Shown here one piece after another: positions 24,105-36,899 of a stretch of 64,000 nt of DNA. Origin of the DNA: Pristiophorus japonicus (Eukaryota); assembly GCF_044704955.1 (NCBI RefSeq), contig NC_091979.1, forward strand, positions 162,006,001-162,070,000. Reading direction: 5' to 3'. The notes under the pieces are model-generated. The model was not told where the DNA came from, searched no databases, and saw only the letters and a program-made list of their open reading frames with translations. Position 1 is the stretch's first letter, and each line of letters opens with the position of its first letter. A program made the position numbers and the translations under genes.

Positions 24105-24450
24105 AGGGAACTTGACTTTATACAATATCTTTTTAGAACCTCAGGATGTACTTTTGAAGCGTGGTCACTGTTATTTTGTAGGCAAACATGGCAGCCAATT
24201 TGCACACAGCAAGGTCGCACAAACAGCAATGAGGTAAATGACCAGAAAATCTGTTTTTAGTGGTGTTGGTAGAGAGATAAATGTTGACCAGGACACCAGG
24301 AGAACTGTCCTGCTTATCTTCAAATAGAACCATGGGATTTTTTACATCCACCTGAGAGGGCAGATGGGACCTTGGTTTAAAACCTCATCTGAAGGACAGC
24401 ACATCCAACTGTACAGTTCTCACTCAGTGTTGCACTGAAGTACCTGACTA
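24105..24450 (-). mobile_element. DeuSINE (SacSINE1/AmnSINE1-related) remnant
   Basis: Minus strand contains the Deu-domain-like core CTGTCCTTCAGATGAGGTTTTAAACCAAGGTCCCATCTGCCCTCTCAGGTGGATGTAAAAATCCCATGG (recognised from memory). Confidence 0.7.
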
Positions 24451-25829
24451 TGGAGTAATATGGAGCCAGCATTCAAACAGCATTGCAAGTTCCTGTGTTA
24501 AGTTGGTATCTGTGATATAACAGCATCGTAACATTTACATGTTTCTTCACTGAGCTAATATGAATATTTATCACTCTTTCCTCTCTCCCATCTAATCTAT
24601 GAAATATTGCAGAGCTTTTTTCTCAAAGAGGCAAAATTTGTAAACCAAGTTTGAAGGCAATAGTAACATGATTATTATACCACAAAGACTTGCTTCAAAT
24701 AAATGATAAGATAAGATATTAAAATATATGCTTTCCAAAGCAATTAGGAATTTTACTGTTTAAGACATTCTTCAAATAGTTTTGTAAATATTATTTTTTG
24801 CATGAAAAATGGAATTGGAGGTGCTTCAATGATCAAAGTCTTTTAGATTCCTTGTAAAAATAAGTCTGTTTCATTGAACCATGAAAATGAATTGGTTTAA
24901 CATTCCTGGCTTATCGTACCATGCATGTTCCAATCCATGCCAGCCCAGACAGGAGCACAGTTTGAAAGCACGGATAGTCTGTATTGTTCTTATGCCAGTA
25001 CAATGTAAGAACTGGCATTCTGATGTCTGATCAAGCCATAGCTACTGGCATTCACTTTGAAGATGCGGTGTGGTTTTGTCACATCTTTAAAGACTATGCT
25101 GTCCAGAAATATTCATTGACTTTAGTATATGAGTGGATGCGCCCTTAAAGTTTAAGAAGATATGTAGCCAGCTCCCTTGATAGCTTAATTAGTAAATACG
25201 CTGCCCAATGTGGTATTGACTCATACTGTCAAGGAAGTTTTCAGATTCAATCTCCAGTCTAAGCTAATCTTAGCCAAGGCTACAGTTTATGACCAAAGTT
25301 TGCCTCTGAACCCTTGGACTAGGAAATAGGACAAATATAGCTGTGTTCCTGCTGCTGATTGCTATCCAGTGAATCTCACCAGAAAGTGTACAGGTAAAAA
25401 AAAAGATCAGGCTAGGTGATTATTTCCTCCCCAACTCCACAGTTGTTTCCATGCATCTCTACACTTACCTCGCTAATAAGTCTTGGTTCAAATCCCTCTC
25501 GTCCAGTTTACACTCTGCCATATACTGTGTGCACCTTGGTCCATGTCACTAACAGCATTGTCTATGATTGGTGCAGTTTCGCTCACTAACTCCTAAAGTA
25601 TTTTGTGTTACTCCCAGAGCTCAGAAAAAGGTCTGTCTGAAGCCTAATCCCAATCACAATAAAAGTCGATGGATTATATCATCTCCCGCCCAATCATTTC
25701 TTTCTCACTCAGCTTCACAATCAGACCAAAATTTCTATCAGTATCTGCAGAATAAATATTTAGTTAAGTCTGACACCAAGTGCATAATTTCTGATCAATT
25801 AGTGCATATTGCTAATATGCTGATTAATG

Positions 25830-26625
25830 TTATGAAACTGGGGGTAAGTTAATATGGAGGAGGACTGCGACAAAATACAGGAAGACATTAATTAACTTAC
25901 AGAATGGGAAAATGAACTCCAATACGGATAGGTGTGAGTTATTACATTTTAGTGGAAGAATAAGGATAGAGGAGCCGGAGGGTCTGGGGGGACAGATACA
26001 CAAATTACTAAAAGTAGCGATGCAGGTTAGTAAGACCATAAAAAAGCAAATTAAGTACTGGGGTTCATTTCAAAGGGATAGAATTAAAAAGCAGAGAAGT
26101 TATGTTAAACGTGTATAGAACCTTGGTTAGACCACACTTGGATTACTGTGAACAGTTCTGATCTACATGTTATAAAAAGGATATAGAAGCACTAGAAAAG
26201 GTGCTTGAAGATTGAACAAGCTGGAGCTTTCTCTAGAAAAGAGAAGACTGAGAAGTGACTTAATAGAGGCCTTTAAGATTTTGAAAGTGTTTGATAGGGT
26301 ACACGTAGAAAAGATGTTTCCATTTGAGGGGCAGACCAGAACTAGGCGCCATAAATATAAGATAGTCATTAATAATTCCAGAAGAAATTTCTTTACCCAG
26401 AGCGTGGTTAGAATGTGGAACTCGCTACCACAAGGAGCAGTTGAGGTGACTAGCATTGATGCATTAATGTGGAAGCTAGCTAAACACATGAGATGGAAAG
26501 GAATAGAAGGATATGTTGATGGGGTAAGATGAAGAGGGGTGGGGGGAGGTTCGTGTGGAGTATAAACACTGACATGGATCTGTTGGGCTGAATGGTCTGT
26601 TTCTGTGCTGTAAATACTATGCAAT
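25830..26625 (+). mobile_element. Old CR1-clade LINE 3' fragment
   Basis: LSLEKRRLRSDLIEAFKIL...RRNFFTQSVVRMWNSLP plus 3' UTR. Confidence 0.82.
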
Positions 26626-26648
26626 ACTAGGTAATGAAAGGAAACTAT

Positions 26649-26805
26649 GGGGTAGATTTTGATTTTCTGTGAAATTGTAAAATGGGTGATAGCGAATCAG
26701 TAGTTTGTTTTGCATCTCTGTAAACCTGTTTTACATCTCTGTAAACCGAGCTGCAGATTCTCTATCACCTGCTTTACACTATGATACAAAGTTAAAATCT
26801 ACCCC
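26649..26805. mobile_element. Small hairpin MITE
   Basis: Ends GGGGTAGATTTT / AAAATCTACCCC with extended imperfect internal symmetry; related ends near 23300 and 58762. Confidence 0.65.
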
Positions 26806-26859
26806 ATATCCTCATGGGTCATAGCCATATCACTGAAGTCAGTTTTATTTTTGAAGCTT

Positions 26860-27115
26860 TCTTGGATTGAGGTTGTGACTTATACAGATAATTTGCAACA
26901 TGGCGAGGTTGAAAAGCTTGAGCCTCAGTTTCTACCGTGGCCTTTCTCTGTACTCAGGATGTTTGTAGGAGATCCAAACACCTTCTGCGTGGCAGGAGTG
27001 GAGTTCATTGCAGTGGAAATAATGATAAGTGGATGAGCAATCATTGCTGAATTCCATCACATATCCTGAAAAGGGAGCTGTATCATTAATCCTTATTTGA
27101 TATGGATGACTGGTG
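26860..27115 (-). pseudogene. Gamma-crystallin exon-3 relic
   Basis: HPYQIRINDTAPFSGYVMEFSNDCSSTYHYFHCNELHSCHAEGVWISYKHPEYRERPR* aligns with [57 protein letters not shown]. It has a premature stop and a decayed end, and is on the same strand as the intact genes. Confidence 0.8.
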
Positions 27116-27351
27116 CATATCATGAACATAACTAACTACCGGTTTGACATCTAATTGCTTATCTACTAAATGTTTAAAGGAAAATGTGAATGGTATTCAT
27201 TAAATAGTAACTACAAGAAATAGTTTTAATCAAAAGGACAAGGCATAATTGTTCTACAATATGAATAAGTTGCTGTGATCTGAAAAAACACATAGTTATA
27301 GAATAAAAATATATCCTGTATCAAATCAGTTGAGGTGATCTGAATTAGACT

Positions 27352-30300
27352 GGGACCTAGAAATTTGGGGGTTTAACGCTACTGCCATAATTGAGTGAAA
27401 AAATGGTGCCAGGTCCCGCGGCGGCCGCCATTTTGGGATGGCCGGCAGCGCTGCTGATAGAAGAGATTGCTGAAATTATTTAAATTAAGGTGCAATCATT
27501 TGCACCTGACTTGTTTATGCAATTTGACTGGCTCTGTGCAACTTTGTGCAACTCCACCAGCTTTATTAACTTCTTTCAAAGTTCAAAAGGTGTGGTATAC
27601 TCCCTACGACATCATAAACACACAGGCTAGAAGATGGCTCGTCACACAGGAACTTGTCAGGTGACCTGTCACCTGATGCCTTTATTGTAATTACAGCAAT
27701 GGCTGCATTACCACAGTAGTCCACTAGGTGGAGCAGTCATCCATTAGATGGAGCTATATATTACATAAGGTGACAGAACATTAACTTATTTTTTTAAAGG
27801 CTTCTGCTCACAACACGTGCTCACAGTCATGGGGTCTCCACCGGCAGTTGTCCTCATGCGCAAAGATCTTCGGCAGAGGGAACAGAGGCAATGAAGAAGA
27901 CAAGAAGATACACACGTAGGGAGGAGGAGGAGGGCCATGATGGCTCTTAACAGGAGGCTCTACCCACCTAGGGTCTTTTGAGAGCTCATCTCTTACATCC
28001 ACTTAAGCGAGAAGCAATGGATTAGGAGGAGGCCACAGAACCAGGGAGGTGGCCACAGAATCAGGCCTGCAGCTCCAGAGCAGGGCGACCACAGCTCTCC
28101 CAGTGGCAGTCAACGTCACCATGTCTCTCAATTTCTTCTCCAGTCTGCAGCAGGAGATATCACTGACATCTTACAGTTCACTGACCATTGCTGCATCCAG
28201 AAGGTCACTGAGGCCAGGAGAAGGGACTACGTTGTCTTTTCTCTGAGCAGAGAGAAGCAGAACGAGCATACATGTGGCTTTGCCAGGATAGTGGGCTTCC
28301 CCATGGTGCAGAGTGCCATCAACTGCACCTATGTAGCTTTGCGGGCGCCGCATAAAAATCCTGAGATCTTCCGTAACCGCAAAGACTATCACTCACTTAA
28401 TCTGAAGGTGGTGTGCGACCATGTGCAGCACTTCCTGATGGTCAATGCCTGCTTTCCTGGCAGCAGCCATGATGCTTTCACCCTGCATCAGTCCAATCAT
28501 CCAACAATCATCCAGCCACCTCAGCAAACTCAATGGTGGCTGATCGGAGACAAGAGATGACCATTGTCCACTTGGCTCATGACTCCCCTCCACAGTCCCA
28601 ACACTCTTGCCCGGCACTCACATAATGAGAGCCATGTTTCGACCAGGAACATCATTGAGCAGACCATCGGGTGCTGAAGCAATGGTTCTGCTACCTTGAT
28701 CACTCGGGAGGAGCCCTCCAGTATTCGGCGGGGCAAGTATCCATTCTGTGGTGGACTGCTGCATGCTTCACAACTTGGCCACCATGAGGGCACAGCCCTT
28801 TTTTGCAGGGCTTGCGTAACCACCTAGGAGGAGCAGGAGGGAGAGGAGGATGATGTGGAGGAAGAGGAGGTAGAGGAAGAGGATGAGGAGCGAGGGAGGA
28901 GATAGGCAGACAATCTCCCATCTGGACGGGCTTTCCATGAATGGCTCATCAGACTCCGATTCCGATGAATGAAACCCCAGATCCGCGTTGCTCACCACAT
29001 CCTCATCATACCATCCTTCTGTCACGGAATATCACAGCATCTTCCTGGGCATAAAACTGAATTGAGAGACACCACAAAAACAAAATTAATACATTTATCA
29101 CACATATTTACAGGATAAATATTAACGAATCACCTGCGTGCAATCCCATAGTGTCTATTGTTCGTGTGCCTTTTCCTACTCTAGTCTTCCTACAAAGTGC
29201 TCCCCCAGTGGCTGTAGTATCGCTGGTGGAAGGCTGCTGAGTTTCCATGTGGGAGACTTCAGATGGACAACCTCGAGCAGTTACGGTCCTAGAAGGCCCG
29301 ACTATAAACTGCACCACCTCGGCATGGGTGGCAGCAGTCTGGGCTGGCTGGCTGATAGGGCAATGGTGGAGTGGCAGTGATGGGAGCAAGAATGCCATCA
29401 TCCTGAGAGAGGACAGCAGGGTCCTGCTCCACTGACCCACTGCCACACCCCCCGGAGCGGCAACTCAGTATTCCTAGTAATCTGTTGGAGGTCAGATTGC
29501 TGGGCTACTGTGACACCCTGCAAGAACCAGTCAATACTCGTAATCCCTGCCATGATGGCAGCAGTCAGAGCTTTGTGCCTTCAAGCTGAAACTGCATGAG
29601 AGCAGTCTGTGCTTCCTTTGCAGCACCAAGACGTTGGATTGCTTCCACCTGTGCTGCAATGGAAACTGCGACATCACCCGTCATGCACACCATCACAACA
29701 CGATCTCTTTGGGAGTGTACCATCATTTCAAGGCTGGAAATCCTGGGGTCCAAGCTCTGTGCAGAGCCCCTCCAGGGAGTTGGCCCCCGAGCTACCTTCT
29801 TATGCCCGGTGCCTCACCCTGTGCAGATCCCATGACCACACTAGACTCTAAAGTACGCAAAGTGCCAGTTTCAGAGCTGGTGTCTGCGAGTGACAGATTC
29901 AGTGATGCATCCTTTTCTTCTTCTCCTCCCTCGCTCTCTTCCATGACCTTGGACAGGTTGCTTGGGTGCTTGTTGATTATCTGAAAGCAGAAAGGCTCAA
30001 GAGTCGAGTTATGGTGAGGGGGGTAGGAGGAAAGCCCGTTAACATGCATGCATGAGTAGCTTGAAAGTGAGAAGAGATTGGGGGATGAGGAGGAAGTGAG
30101 GTGTGAGAAGAAGGATTAGGAATGAACATTATTGTCCCCAAGGGGTTCCACCTCGCTGGTTGCCACAGCCTCTACCACATACCCCCGAATGAGCTCGAGA
30201 AGTCGCTACTCGAGCTGGCTGAAGTCCTGCACTTCAGCCTGATCCCTGCCTCTCTGTTGCTGCTCCCAGCAATTATGTGGCAGTCTGGCCTGCAAGAGAA

Positions 30301-31045
30301 CGAGAAGTGTGTGAGTGAGTGTGGTGCAATATGTTTGGGTGATGTGTCTGTCATGGTTGAATAGCTGTGTGTGCAAGGTATGAGATGTGGATGTGAGTGT
30401 TGCAGCAGTGGTAAGGTTATGAGGTGAAGCGAAGCTTTGATTGCAAGGTGTGAGTGGCGATAGGTTGAGATTGTTGGTAGGGGTGTGGTGCATTGAGCAG
30501 TGTGTGAGGCTTGTGCTGCAGATGGTAGTATGTGGCATTTGCTGAAATCTTCACTCACCTTGACTACTGTGTGAATTCATTAAATTTCTTCCTGCACTGC
30601 ATGGCGGACCTTGGCATTACAGTACTCATCTTTACATGGTCTGCTAGCTCCTGCCACATGGTACAGGAGGTGGACGGCAAGGGCTTGCTGCCATTTGGGG
30701 GAAAGAGTGCAGCACACCTCCTCTCCATGGCCACAAAGAGTGCCTCCAGAGCTTCATCGGAAAACCTCCTGGTGCTCTCGCTCTCGCTCTTGCTCTTGCT
30801 CTTGCCTTTTTAGGGTTCCAACTACCCTGACAATGAGGTGCTGTAACATCAATTCATCTCCCCTTTAAGTAGTGAAAAAAGCCTGTGGCACACATGACTG
30901 GGAATTACACTGACCCCGATATTGGTCCACCTGTTGAGTGTTAAGTAAATGAGCAGCAGGTTTAGTGCTGAAATCATGACTATAATCATGTTAATGAAGA
31001 GTGAACACGAATTTTGAGTGCTACCTGGACCATTTTGAAGTGGCA
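27352..31045. mobile_element. Degenerate PIF/Harbinger transposon (transposase on +, ~27820-28970; Myb/SANT gene on -, ~29100-30800)
   Basis: GFPMVQSAINCTYVALRAP, NRKDYHSLN, FPGSSHDAF and LIGDK (HARBI1-like); RRFSDEALEAL Myb/SANT-like start on minus; ends approximate. Confidence 0.8.
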
Positions 31046-31374
31046 TAAAGCAGAAAGAATTGCATTTACATAGTGCCTTTCACAACCACAGATGCCTCAA
31101 AGCGCTTTCTAGCCATTGAAGTACTTTTGAAGGGTAGTCACTGTTGTAATGTTGCATAACATTGTTTGACCTCAACACTACCTGTTTTGTGTCTATATCC
31201 AACTTCTAGGCCATTATGTTCCAAACAGCAATTGGATTCTGTTATTCCATGTTATTGCATCTCTCCTGTAATTGGGTTCAGTGGAAATAATTTGGGTAGT
31301 TTCAACCCTGTGGGCATGAGCACTAAATTGACAGCTTCTGAGAGGCTCCAAGGATGGTTGGTATGGGAGACAGA

Positions 31375-31927
31375 GGGCCTGAATTTGATGAAGTCCTCCG
31401 TTCGCCCAAGTTCCGTCGATGGCCGCCGATGGTTTTCATCGGAGAGATCCCTCGAAGGTCAGCGGGCGGCAAATGAGTGACTTATGCCACCAATCTGGGT
31501 GGCAACCGGCGGCAGCTCTTATTCTTAGTGGCAAAGGCGAGGGTCGAAGAGCTGAAAAACAAAAGCATAAGAAAAACAAACATCTGAAGACCTTCAGGGG
31601 ACCCCATCCAGGTAAGTCGCTATGAAAAAAAAATGTTTTAAAAGTTCACTTACCTTTCTATCAGGATCTTCCTACCTACCATCAGGGACAGACCAGCCTC
31701 CAGCCAGTGGTCCTGGCGCCCACTCCCACCGATTCCCGCCCGCACCAATCTGGCAGCTCGGCAGGCGAGAGGCCGGTTGCTTCACTCGGCCGCCCGCTGA
31801 TGACAGCGGGCGGTTCCCGGCAGCTCTCCCCTCCCGCCCGTCCCAGGCCACCTCAAAAGTGCCACTGGGTGGATCTTCACGAGGAATATCGGCGACAGTG
31901 GGTGGTAAGGTGATCAAATTTGGGCCC
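31375..31927. mobile_element. Harbinger-type MITE
   Basis: TIR GGGCCTGAATTTGAT / ATCAAATTTGGGCCC (13/15 match), TSD AGA. Confidence 0.85.
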
Positions 31928-32219
31928 AGAGATTCCAGTCTGGTGCAATAGGTAGTGTTCTTCTGAGGTGAAGTTAGTTATGTTGTTGGTGCAGAATATA
32001 AGGAGACACTATAAACACAGAGGGAGCTAAAGCATGAGTAAGAAAAGTAAGAGCAGTCATTACTGTACTCAGTACCAACTCTGAAAGTCATTGCAGCACA
32101 TGATTTGCAGGAATAATAAAAGGCATGTTTTTTAAAAGCTCCAAGTAGTAATATAAATTATATTTTAAATCAGAGACAATAAAGCTGTCTTTTGTGCAGA
32201 ATACCTTTCCAGAACAAAA

Positions 32220-33630
32220 TACATAAGAAACATACAAACATAGAAGCCATAGAAAATAGATGCAGGAGTAGGCCATTCGGCCCTTTGAGCCAGCACCACC
32301 ATTCAACAAGATCATGGCTGATCATTCACCTCAGTACCCCTTTCCTGCTTTCTCTCCATATCCCTTGATCCCTTTAGCCATATCTAGCTCCCTCTTGAAT
32401 ATATCCAATGAACTGGCATCAACAACTCTCTGCAGTAGGGAATTCCACAGGTTAACAACCCTCTGAGTGAAGAAGTTTCTCCTCATCTCAGTCCTAAATG
32501 GCTTACCCCTTATCCTTAGACTATGTCCCCTGGTTCTAGACTTCTCCAACATCGGGAACATTCTTCCTGCATCTAACCCGTCCAGATCCGTCAGAATTTT
32601 ATATGTTTCTATGATATCCCCGCTCATCCTTCTAAACTCCAGTGAATACAAGCCCAGTTGATCCAGTCTTTCTTGATATGTCAGTCCCGCCATCCTGGGA
32701 ATCAGTCTGGTGAACCTTCGCTGCATCCCTCAATAGCAAGAACGTCCTTCCTCAGATTAGGAGACCAAAACTGAACACAATATTCCAGGTGAGGCCTCAC
32801 TAAGGTCCTGTACAACTGCAGTAAGACCTCCCTGCTCCTATACTCAAATCCCCTAGCTATGAAGGCCAACACACCATTTGTCTTCTTCACCGCCTGCTGT
32901 ACCTGCATGCCAACTTTCAATGACTCGTGTACCATGACACCCAGGTCTCGTTGCACTTCCACTTTTTCTAATCTGCCACAATTCAGATAATATTCTGCCT
33001 TTGTGTTTTTGCCACCAAAGTGGATAATCTCACATTTATCCACATTATACTGCATGTGCCATGCATTTGCCCACTCACCTAACCTATCCAAGTCACCCTG
33101 CAGCCTCTTAGCGTCCTCCTCACAGCTCACACCACCGCCCAGCTTAGTGTCATCTGCAAACTTGGAGATATTACACTCAATTCCTTCATCTAAATCATTA
33201 ATGTATATTGTAAATAGCTAGAGCCCCAGCACAGAGCCCTGCGGCACCCCACAAGTCACTGTCTGCCAGTCTGAAAAGGACCCGTTTATCCCGACTCTCT
33301 GCTTACTGTCTGCCGACCAGTTCTCTATCCACGTCAGTACATTACCCCCAATACCATGTGCTTTAATTTTGCACACAAATCTCTTGTGTGGGACCTTGTC
33401 AAAAGCCTTTTGAAATTCCAAATACACCACATCCACTGGTTCTCCCTTGTCCACTCGACTAGTTACATCCTCAAAAAATTCTGGAAGATTTGTCAAGTAT
33501 GATTTACCTTTCATAATTCCATGCTGATTGGACTGATCCAGCCACTGCTTTCCAACATTTTCCCCACTACTGATGTCAGGCTAACTGGTCTATAATTACC
33601 CGTTTTCTCTCTTCCTCCTTTCTTAAAAAG
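32220..33630 (-). mobile_element. CR1 LINE, 5'-truncated
   Basis: RT and C-terminal ORF2 fragments ([22 protein letters not shown]) and an octamer-repeat tail at 32220-32255. Confidence 0.92.
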
Positions 33631-34331
33631 ATTGAATCCAGTCAGCATTTAATAAGTTTTAAATGCATTTTAAAGTACATATTAAGCATTCACGAATGTA
33701 AATAATTAAGTTTTTCAGAATCATAGGATTTTACAACGCAGGAGAGAATTCAGCCCATCGTGACTGTGCCAGCTCTTTGAAAGAGCTATCCAATTCGTCC
33801 CACTCCCCTGCTCTTTCCCCATACCCCTGCAATTTTCTCCCTTTCAAGTATTTATCCAATCCCCATTTGAAAGTTACTACTGAATTTGCTTCCATCACCC
33901 TTTCAGGTAATGCATTCTATAGTAGTGATTTGAAAACCATATTTACCAAAGAACTACTTTGTAGAAAAGACAAAGGGCTCAATTTTGCCCAAGCCCGTTT
34001 TTTGGCATAATGCCAGAGTTACGTCCGTTTTTCTAAGCCAGAAATGCATCAAAAATATTTTTCCATAATTTCCCCGCTGTATTTTTCAAATTTGGCACCG
34101 CGCAGCCTGTCCAGTCACCTCAGGGAACGGAGCCTGCTGTCTGCGGTGAAAAAATGATGCCGCACCTTCTACGCAGGCGTGAAAAAAAAAGGACATTTTT
34201 GGCGTGATCCCAATGGACGTGCATGCGCAGTACAGCTCCGGATCTGCAATCGGCCATTTTTAAGAGCCAGTGTGTGTGAGAACGTTGAGTGCTGTGTGGG
34301 AGCATTGGAAAAATTGGAGCTGCAATACAAG

Positions 34332-36491
34332 ATGCAATGTGGTGCAAGGACCAAGAATTTCTTACAGGATGAAGTGGAGACACTAGTTACTGTGATTGAG
34401 ACCAGAGGGCATGAGCTGGACACCAGCAGAGGTCACATAAAAGTTCCACCCAAAGAAATGAAGAAACGCTGGAACCAAGTTGCAGAAGATTACTGTGCAA
34501 TGGTGATCACCACGAGATCTAGAGGCCAATGTAAAAAGAAGTGGCAGGACCTTGGTCAAGTAGTTAGTGTAAGTAATATTTTCATTTATTCAATGGAATT
34601 GCAATTGTAAATGTGACCAGCTGTATATGGACCCCCAGCAGAAAGAAACCCTCTCTAAACAGTTGCATTTTCATCTTTGCAGAGGAAGGTGGCATAACAA
34701 AAGGGAAAGAACTCGAACAGGAGGAGGCCTGGTAAATCAGCAGCCACTGACATCCTTAGAAGAGAGGGTCACTGCTTTGATGGGTCCTGCCTGGAGAAAA
34801 GCAACCACCACTGCACAAGCTGGGCCCACAGTCGAGGGAGAGGGTAAGTCCTGCAAATTTCAGAGTCTGGCTTTGCTAAATGTTAAGTACTGCGCGGGCT
34901 AGCCATGCTTTGGTTCCTGGGGATGTTTCCTTCAGCTACACTTAGGTTGATGCAATGTGCTGTCATTCATTGTGGTTCTTCAAATCAACCTGCTGCCTGC
35001 GCTGTGTGAGCCTACTCATGCCACCCACCCTGCCCCCTCCTCTGCTGCTAACCATTTGTCTGTTCTGTTACATTTTGCAGAACTTGAGGCCAACCCTGAC
35101 GATGCAGAAGAAGATTCAGACGAGGACGAGCCTCAAGAGAAGAACATCTTCCAATTCCTCCCTCCAGAACAAGAGTATGGGGGTGAGAGGAGGGGGAGGG
35201 AATGGAGATGGATGAAGCCCCCACTGTTTTACTGACTTTGGAGGAGGTGCAGGTGCCACCCATTGAGGTGCCAGCCCCTTCTGTGACTAGCGGTTTGAGT
35301 GTTGGTGGGACATTCCATGGTTTCACACCTTCCGAGGCTGCAGGTCCTAGTGTTGGGGTGCAGCGAGGCACAGACAGGGCCCCACCTTCCAAGGCTGCAG
35401 GTCCCAGTGGTGGGCTACAGTGAGGCACACCCAGGATGAGGAGGGAAAGGAGAGCTCTACAGCGCTCTGCTGAAGTGCAGGATTTAACAGATGTGGTTCA
35501 GACGATGGCACTGAGTGCGGAGAGCATTGACCTCACATGATCATTCCTGGACACCATCAGTGGGGTGGGTGATGAGGTAGCGGGACTGTCGGGAGAAGTA
35601 ACAGCAATCTCACGAGAAATGGGAACAATGTCCAGGACCATGAGTGAGGGAATATCTCAGTCAATTGAAACCATGTCAGTGACCATGAGGGAGGGAACAT
35701 CAGTGGAATTCATTGCTTCGGAGAGCTGTATAAGCTGGGACATTAAATAAATTTAAGACAGAAATAGACAGTTTCTTAAATGATATGGGGATAAGGGGTT
35801 ATTGGGAGTGGGCAGGGAATTGGAACTGAGTCCATGATCAAATCAGCCATGATCTTATTGAATGGCAGAGTAAGCTCGAGGGGCCTTATGGCCTACTCCT
35901 GCTCCTATTTCTTATGTTCTTATGTTCTTATGTTCACAGGTAGCTGATGCGCTGTCAGTGAACATTAGGGAGGGAATGTCAGAGATGGTGCAAACACTAT
36001 CAGTGAATATGAGGGAGGGAATGTCACAGGTAGTGCAAACACTATCAGTGAACATAGGGAGGGATTGTTGCAGTTAGTTGAGACACTTTTGCTCAACATG
36101 AGGGAGGGAATGTTACAGGTCATTGAGACACTGTCAGGGCGCATGAGGGACGGCATGTTGGAGTTAGCTGCTGCAATAAGGGAACACACCCAGACTCCAC
36201 GCCTATTGACCGAATCACTCCCACTCCAATCCCGACACCAACCTCTGAAAGGCCCCAAGCCGGGCCCTCCACATTGCCGTCTGGGCCCTCCACATTGCTG
36301 CCTGAGCCCGCCAATTGCTGCCTGGGTCCTCCACATTGCTGCCTGCATGCCCCCCTCCTTCCTTCCCCCACCCGCTCCACAGATGCGCACTACCCGAGAT
36401 CGTAGAAAGAATAAGCTTGGTACCAACCCCAGAAACACTGTGCCACCGTCTGCGAGCAGGGGTAGTGGAGTCACCAAGAACAAGCGCGTAA
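34332..36491 (+). pseudogene. Harbinger Myb/SANT-like DNA-binding protein gene (spliced, disrupted)
   Basis: ARTKNFLQDEVETLV...KKRWNQVAE...RSRGQCKKKWQDL|GTAAGT, then RTRTGGG...LTSLEERV, an acidic tract and 15-aa repeats; interrupted by a CR1 tail. Confidence 0.8.
35703..35933 (+). mobile_element. CR1 3'-end fragment
   Basis: CR1 3' UTR and (TTCTTATG)n tail similar to 21450-21672. Confidence 0.85.
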
Positions 36492-36899
36492 GGGGGATGA
36501 GAGATGGGTGCTGCCTTTCTTTGCTGCTGTTGTTGTTATTATTATTATTGTTACTGTTGTAACTGTTGTTCTCAAATTAAAGTTTTTTGTAAGTTATGTA
36601 AATTTACAAGTTTAAAAGTTAGTAAGTGATCTTAAAGTTTTTAACTGATCTTAGAGTTTGTAAGTGATCTTAAAGTTTGTAAGTGAAAACTTTAAAGTTT
36701 GATACAAGAATCATTTTATTAAAGTTAAGTTAAGTACAAAGAACTTTTGAATAAAATATAGTTTACATGAAAACTCATTTCCATTATTTATTCGATTATT
36801 AACACAACTTTTGAAGTAAACAAGAATCATTTCCATCATTTGTTCCATTAACACAACACAACATTACGGAACAGGTCCAAACAGTAAACATGGTCCATG

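Noticed and set aside
24880-25100. Possible degenerate exon (GLAWIGTC resembling ADAM-type motif)
   Set aside because: Short match with a nearby stop and no supporting splice sites or further motifs; likely chance.
25165-25420. Ancient tRNA-derived SINE remnant (also ~11690-11850)
   Set aside because: Resembles shark SINE sequence but is too decayed to assign family or ends by eye.
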